DNA from: an uncultured archaeon
GTDB taxonomy: Archaea > Altiarchaeota > Altiarchaeia > JAFGQM01
Direction: 5' to 3'
Assembly (NCBI GenBank): GCA_964619365.1
Contig: CAZUDQ010000001.1
Coordinates: forward strand, 121,742-185,741
Length of the DNA stretch: 64,000 nt
Below the pieces are notes generated by a model. It searched no databases. It was not told the origin of the DNA and saw only the letters and a program-made list of their open reading frames with translations. The position numbers and the translations under genes were made by a program. Every line of letters starts with the position of its first letter. Positions within the stretch are counted from its first letter, which is position 1. Shown in pieces: positions 59,281-64,000 of the stretch.

Positions 59281-59688
59281 CTACTCTATTGCGAGCTTGC
59301 ATCTACCCCTTACAAAGATAGTTTTTACCCCTTCCTTTCGTGCTTCCTTCCTTAGACGGGAATCGTTTGTCGCAATTATTGCGTAGGGTCTTTCGCGGGC
59401 ATAAGCGATTATGGCTTCATCAGCCCTTCCATCGGCTCGGCCGGGGGCATCGATTATTTTGACGTTTTGGGCCATCTGGAGAGCTAGCTTTGCCTGAACC
59501 TTTTGCTCGCCTTTGCCGCGGGTACTAAGGCGCTCAAGCTCGCTGACAACGGGAGTAAGCGTCACAATTTCAGAAGGGCCGTCAACAAGGAGTCTGCTTT
59601 CGGTTATGATATCAAGCCGCAACTGAAATGGGGTAAAGAAGAAATTCGTGTCAAAGATTATCTGTTTTGTTTTCTTTCCCTCGTCCAT
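59281..59688 (-). CDS. PIN-domain protein (Fcf1/Utp24-like archaeal type)
   Basis: IFDTNFF, V..EL, ADEAI, IATND..LR; start placed at ATG 59688. Confidence 0.88.
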   Translation of the reverse strand: MDEGKKTKQIIFDTNFFFTPFQLRLDIITESRLLVDGPSEIVTLTPVVSELERLSTRGKGEQKVQAKLALQMAQNVKIIDAPGRADGRADEAIIAYARERPYAIIATNDSRLRKEARKEGVKTIFVRGRCKLAIE

Positions 59689-59699
59689 ATTCACTTTTC

Positions 59700-60521
59700 T
59701 TATTCTTTGGTACTTGTCTTTTGTGCAGGTTCTTCTGTAGGCTGCTCGCCAAGCTTCCTTGTGATTGGTTCTTCTGTAGGCTGCTCGCCAAGCTTCCTTG
59801 TGATTGTTACAAAGCCTGTGTGCCCAACCATTCTTGTCTTTGGACGCACCCTTTGTTCTGAGACTTCCCATTCCCTAAGGAGAATTTCAATTGTTTCAGT
59901 CTGCCAGAATCCTTGCGGGAGTCCTGTGACAAACTTTTTTACCTGTTCGATTGAAGGGGAATACGCGACAAGATGCCCTCCGAATTTAAGCTTTTTGTAT
60001 GCGTCTTCTGAAACCATCCATGGTTCGGGGAGGTCAAGAATTACTGCGTCAAGGTCGTCTTCTTCTATACCGTCATAGACGCTCTTGTTATGCATTGTAA
60101 CACAATCCATTAAATCTGCTTCTTCAATGTGCGACTTAGATTCTTTAAAATGGTCTTCGCGAATCTCGTAAGTGTATATCTTTCCTTCGGGAGATACCGT
60201 GTTTGCTAGCATCATTGTCATTCCGGCAACACCAGTTCCCGCCTCAACAACACGCGAACCTGAGCGAAGACCACATAAGCCTATTATAATGGCCGAATCT
60301 TTTGGATATATTATCTGGGCGCTTTTTTGCATCTTTTCTATGAAGTCGACAACAGTCGGAGATACTATGTTAAACGGAGCTCCTGTGTGGCTTCTTACAT
60401 ATCCACCATAATCGATTGCTTCAAGATCTTTTTGAGAAATTACACCGTAGTGTGTGTGCAGGTCTTTTCCTTCTTCAACAAGCTGGCGCTTGCCTTTTTT
60501 GTCAATCAAAAGTTTTTTCAT
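59700..60521 (-). CDS. trmI: tRNA (adenine-N1)-methyltransferase TrmI
   Basis: TH.G.I, QIIYPKD, VEAGTG.A, LDLPEPW, Y.P..EQV, RP...MVGHTGF. Confidence 0.94.
   Translation of the reverse strand: MKKLLIDKKGKRQLVEEGKDLHTHYGVISQKDLEAIDYGGYVRSHTGAPFNIVSPTVVDFIEKMQKSAQIIYPKDSAIIIGLCGLRSGSRVVEAGTGVAGMTMMLANTVSPEGKIYTYEIREDHFKESKSHIEEADLMDCVTMHNKSVYDGIEEDDLDAVILDLPEPWMVSEDAYKKLKFGGHLVAYSPSIEQVKKFVTGLPQGFWQTETIEILLREWEVSEQRVRPKTRMVGHTGFVTITRKLGEQPTEEPITRKLGEQPTEEPAQKTSTKE
59728..59805 (-). repeat. Perfect 39-bp tandem duplication at the trmI 3' end
   Basis: GGTTCTTCTGTAGGCTGCTCGCCAAGCTTCCTTGTGATT x2, encoding ITRKLGEQPTEEP twice. Confidence 0.95.
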
Positions 60522-60554
60522 TGTGGGCTTATTTCCATAGTCGAAGTATTAAAC

Positions 60555-61016
60555 CTACCATCTCTTTTCAACGCCAAGCTCGCGGTCAATTTCTGCTGCG
60601 ACTTTCCTCATCCTCTCAAAACAGCGCTGTGCATCTCGCATCATTTCTGAAACTGTATCTTCAAGGCAAGTATCACGAAGAACGTACTTTCGCCCTTCTC
60701 CCTGGCGCACAAGACCTGATGCGCTGAATTTCTTCATGTGAAAAAGTACAGCCCCGCGAGTAAGACCTAGATTCTCAGCGATTTCAGTCGAAGTTTTTGG
60801 CTCGCCTTCAATTGAGCCTTTGACAACTAGGGTGAATACTTTTTGTGCCGAGCCGTCACAATCCTTTTTTGTAAAAAGTCCCAGAGTTTGGCAGAGCCAT
60901 TCTAAGTCTGCATCCTCATCCCCTTTGCTTGGAGGCGCAATATCCCTTAATTGTATCTTCATTTTTGACATTTCCACACTCTTGATTTTTATTGAAAGCT
61001 CCTTTTTAGAAGGCAT
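60555..61016 (-). CDS. Winged helix-turn-helix transcriptional regulator (ArsR-like), divergent from hsp20-cdc48
   Basis: TSTEIAENLGLTRGAVLFHMKKF..SGLV HTH; C-terminal helical dimerisation region. Confidence 0.8.
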   Translation of the reverse strand: MPSKKELSIKIKSVEMSKMKIQLRDIAPPSKGDEDADLEWLCQTLGLFTKKDCDGSAQKVFTLVVKGSIEGEPKTSTEIAENLGLTRGAVLFHMKKFSASGLVRQGEGRKYVLRDTCLEDTVSEMMRDAQRCFERMRKVAAEIDRELGVEKRW

Positions 61017-61060
61017 AAGGTTTTTATAGATTCAGGTTCAAAGTTAATAAGTTATTCACT

Positions 61061-61119
61061 TTATGTAATAGATTATTGCATAATTAATAGTTTATATTAT
61101 AAAAACGTAACATTAATTA
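61061..61119. promoter_or_regulatory. Divergent promoter with candidate operator palindromes
   Basis: TTATGTAATA-gat-TATTGCATAA (61061-61083, 1 mismatch); symmetric TTTATA-t-TATAAA TATA-like box (61091-61103); TAATTAAT/ATTAATTA inverted pair (61081-61088, 61112-61119). Confidence 0.45.
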
Positions 61120-61134
61120 GACAAAGGGGATAAA

Positions 61135-61743
61135 ATGGTTTTTCGCAAGAAGAGGGATTTGGGGGACGTAGATAAAGAAGGTAAAGATAACTCACGTGAC
61201 AATAGAGGTGGCTTTGACCCTTTTACTCAAGATCCGTTTAAGAGTGATGCATTTGATGATATTTTCGGAGATTTTGGCCGGGTCGACGAACTCATGAACG
61301 AACTTATGCGAAACATGTTTCGTGGGATGAAGATGAACGGCTCGATGAATATCGAACCAGGAAAACCTATGGTATATGGGTTTTCCATGAAAACAGGTCC
61401 TGACGGCAAACCGGTTGTAGAGGAATTCGGAAATGTAAAGAGCACAAGCGGTCCTGTTCCAGGCGGTGCACGCGAACCCCTGATTGATATTGTGGAAAAC
61501 GAGCGCGAGATTATTGTCATCGCAGAACTTCCAGGCGTTGAAAAAAAGGATATTGACCTGACAATAGCAGGCGACACACTAACACTGGATGTTGATGCCA
61601 AAAAGAGATATTACAAGGTAATAAGCCTTCCTGCCGATGTCAAAGACACAGTTGACGCATCTTATAACAACGGCATTTTAGAGCTCAGGCTGGAAAGAAA
61701 GACCGAACTCAAAAAGAAGGGCAAGAAAATCAATATAAAATAA
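61135..61743 (+). CDS. hsp20: Archaeal small heat shock protein Hsp20
   Basis: PMVYGFS...GPDGKP.VEEFGNV, REPLID, AELPGVEK.DI, ASYNNGILE, C-terminal IxI (INI). Confidence 0.95.
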   Translation: MVFRKKRDLGDVDKEGKDNSRDNRGGFDPFTQDPFKSDAFDDIFGDFGRVDELMNELMRNMFRGMKMNGSMNIEPGKPMVYGFSMKTGPDGKPVVEEFGNVKSTSGPVPGGAREPLIDIVENEREIIVIAELPGVEKKDIDLTIAGDTLTLDVDAKKRYYKVISLPADVKDTVDASYNNGILELRLERKTELKKKGKKINIK

Positions 61744-61768
61744 ATAAAAAATTGGGAGAAAATAAGAA

Positions 61769-63928
61769 ATGGCTGCAATAAAACTATATGTAAAGGAAGC
61801 GCCAAGAACTGATGTCGGGCGCGGGATAGTACGTATTGGTCCAAATGCTTTGGCAAAACTGGGCCTTCAAAGCGGGAGCTTTGTTGAAATAAAAGGTAAA
61901 AAACTGGCGGCGGGAATCGCCTGGCGCGGAAGTGAAGAAGAAGAAGGGATAATCCATATGGATGGTATCCTCAGGAGCAACGCAGGTGTTGGAATCGATG
62001 AAGAAGCTGATATATCTTCTGCTAAGGTGACGCCAGCAAAAAAGATAACGCTCGCACCAACCCAGGCTATTCAATACGGACGCGGTTTTATCGAATACGT
62101 TCATGAAAAGATACTAAATAAGCCTCTTGTAAAAGGAAACAAAGTACTTGTTGATGTCATGGGAACTCCCTTGACTTTTGTACTTACGACAGTAAGCCCT
62201 GGAGGGATTATAGTAGTAACTGAAGAAACCCAGATAAAGGTCTCAGAAAAGCCATCTGATGAAAAAGCGACACTTAACGTCAGCTATGAGGATATTGGAG
62301 GCTTGCGCGACGCGATAGAAAAAATCCGCGAGATGATTGAGGTTCCGATGAGATACCCCGAGGTCTTTAAGAAGCTTGGAGTCTCCCCACCAAAAGGTGT
62401 TCTTTTATACGGGCCGCCTGGAACTGGAAAGACGCTTCTTGCAAAAGCCGTTGCGTCTGAAACTGAATCATATTTTATTTCCTTGGCAGGGCCTGAAGTT
62501 ATGAGCAAATATTACGGCCAGTCTGAAGAGAACCTGCGAAACGTCTTTAAGGACGCCCAGGAAAATGCGCCCTCAATAATCTTTATTGATGAGATTGATG
62601 CTATCGCGCCCTCTCGCGAGGAGGTTTCAGGAGATGTCGAAAAACGTGTTGTGGCTCAGCTTTTGACAATGATGGACGGTCTTGAGGCAAGAGGAGAAGT
62701 GGTTGTCATTGCCGCGACAAACAGGCCAGACGCACTGGACCCTGCACTTAGACGCCCTGGGCGATTTGACCGTGAGATTCAAATAGGTATACCTGACCGC
62801 AAGAGCAGGAAAGAAATACTTGAGATTCATACCCGTGGGATGCCCACGACAAGTGGAGTAAACTTAGGGACACTCTCTGAGATAACGCATGGATACACAG
62901 GAGCCGACCTTGAGTCTTTGTCTAAGGAAGCTGCTATGCGCGCCCTTAGGCGTGTCATGCCAGATATCAAAAAGCTAAAGGACGGCGAGTTGACTAAGGA
63001 GATTCTTGATTCAATCCATGTAACCGAAGACGATTTTGAAGACGCTATGAAAAATGTGGCGCCTTCCGGGATGCGTGAAGTCGCAGTTGAAATCCCAAAG
63101 ATAAAGTGGGAGGATATCGGCGGTCTTATTGAAGCAAAAGAGGAGTTAAAAGAGACTGTTGAGTGGCCGTTAAAATATGAAAAGGAATTCAAGAAGGTAG
63201 GTGTAACGCCGCCAAAAGGAATCCTTCTTTACGGGCCACCTGGAACTGGAAAGACGCTTCTTGCAAAGGCTGCTGCAAACGAATCCAGCGCAAACTTCAT
63301 AACTGTTAAGGGACCAGAGCTCCTTAACAAGTATGTTGGGGAATCAGAGCGTGGTGTAAGAAAGGTCTTCTCGCGAGCCCGCCAGGTCGCGCCAGCCATA
63401 ATCTTCTTTGATGAGATTGAGTCCCTTACTTCAAATAGAGGGGGTATGGGTGACTCCTCAGGCGTTAAAGAGGGTGTTATCGCACAGCTTTTAACAGAGA
63501 TTGACGGCATCTCAGAACTAAAGGACGTTGTATTAATCGGCGCGACAAACAGGCCGGATCTTGTCGATGAAGCGCTCCTTAGACCGGGACGTTTTGAGAA
63601 GCTTGTCCATGTGCCGCTTCCTGATGCCGCAGGCAGAAAGGAGATAATAAAGGTTCAGACGCGGAACGTCACACTTGCAAAAGACGTCGTCTTAAAAGAG
63701 CTTGTTGAAAAGACAAAGGGGTACAGTGGTGCTGATATCGAAGCTGTTGTTAGAAAAGCGGGGATTCTTACCATTCGAGACCTAATCGACAAGAAGACAA
63801 AGAATGCGGAAATCAGTATGGCCTACCTCAAAACCGCTCTTGGCTCAGTAAAGCCCAGTGTCACAGGTAACCCTAGTGACTTCTGGCATAAAAAACGCGG
63901 GAATGAAAAGGATATGAACGTCGCATAA
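61769..63928 (+). CDS. cdc48: CDC48/VAT family AAA+ ATPase (paralogue 2; ends in -NVA)
   Basis: N domain, two GPPGTGKT Walker A motifs, IDEID/FDEIE, RPGRFD/RPGRFE. Confidence 0.96.
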   Translation: MAAIKLYVKEAPRTDVGRGIVRIGPNALAKLGLQSGSFVEIKGKKLAAGIAWRGSEEEEGIIHMDGILRSNAGVGIDEEADISSAKVTPAKKITLAPTQAIQYGRGFIEYVHEKILNKPLVKGNKVLVDVMGTPLTFVLTTVSPGGIIVVTEETQIKVSEKPSDEKATLNVSYEDIGGLRDAIEKIREMIEVPMRYPEVFKKLGVSPPKGVLLYGPPGTGKTLLAKAVASETESYFISLAGPEVMSKYYGQSEENLRNVFKDAQENAPSIIFIDEIDAIAPSREEVSGDVEKRVVAQLLTMMDGLEARGEVVVIAATNRPDALDPALRRPGRFDREIQIGIPDRKSRKEILEIHTRGMPTTSGVNLGTLSEITHGYTGADLESLSKEAAMRALRRVMPDIKKLKDGELTKEILDSIHVTEDDFEDAMKNVAPSGMREVAVEIPKIKWEDIGGLIEAKEELKETVEWPLKYEKEFKKVGVTPPKGILLYGPPGTGKTLLAKAAANESSANFITVKGPELLNKYVGESERGVRKVFSRARQVAPAIIFFDEIESLTSNRGGMGDSSGVKEGVIAQLLTEIDGISELKDVVLIGATNRPDLVDEALLRPGRFEKLVHVPLPDAAGRKEIIKVQTRNVTLAKDVVLKELVEKTKGYSGADIEAVVRKAGILTIRDLIDKKTKNAEISMAYLKTALGSVKPSVTGNPSDFWHKKRGNEKDMNVA

Positions 63929-64000
63929 GGCTAAATTTAGTCCTTTTTTGTGTTGTGGTTTTTTGGTGCCGATGATATGAGGTGCCAAATATTTTCTTTT

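Noticed and set aside
59281-59688. PIN protein as a VapC toxin of a toxin-antitoxin pair
   Set aside because: No adjacent antitoxin; position matches the housekeeping PIN gene of the archaeal rpoE1 cluster
59728-59805. 39-bp direct repeats as a mini CRISPR array
   Set aside because: Copies abut with no spacer, lie in frame within trmI, and no cas genes are present
59689-59871. N-terminal extension of the PIN ORF with repeated NHKEAWRAAYRRT
   Set aside because: Alternative-frame reading of the trmI duplication; the PIN fold starts after ATG 59688
1-64000. Mobile elements, integrases, defence systems, rRNA or tRNA genes
   Set aside because: No transposase, integrase, cas or restriction motifs and no RNA-gene signatures recognised by eye; a tRNAscan/Infernal run would be needed to exclude them formally

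Overview
Gene-dense archaeal chromosome segment, identified by class I LysRS, TFE, Trm56, RadB, Rpo4/Rpo7/Spt4, archaeal r-proteins, AglB, ABCE1 and two Cdc48s. The lineage cannot be fixed from sequence alone. In order it holds: a large class III signal-peptide (pilin-like) Cys-rich adhesin running off the left edge, plus a small paralogue; housekeeping genes; a complete DapL-type lysine pathway in two operons; cdc48 next to a degenerate FtsZ-like gene; inositol-lipid genes; a P-type ATPase; a ~21 kb N-glycosylation locus (30456-51859); the rpoE1-spt4-rps24e-rps27ae cluster with a membrane pyrophosphatase; and a wHTH/hsp20/cdc48 locus. The most striking candidate novelty is an AglB oligosaccharyltransferase fused to an FKBP prolyl isomerase and an apparently circularly permuted thioredoxin-like module, suggesting one chain that both glycosylates and folds surface proteins. 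Other points: an FtsZ paralogue with degenerate GTPase motifs but a retained tail, a frameshifted CDP-sugar dehydratase in an AT-rich cassette, a Na+,H+-type PPase in the usual soluble-PPase slot, and repeat-expanded tails on core proteins. Three real genes missing from the ORF track were recovered (1-2328, eL37, Spt4). No rRNA, tRNA, CRISPR array or mobile element was recognised. All family calls come from motifs read by eye, without database searches.
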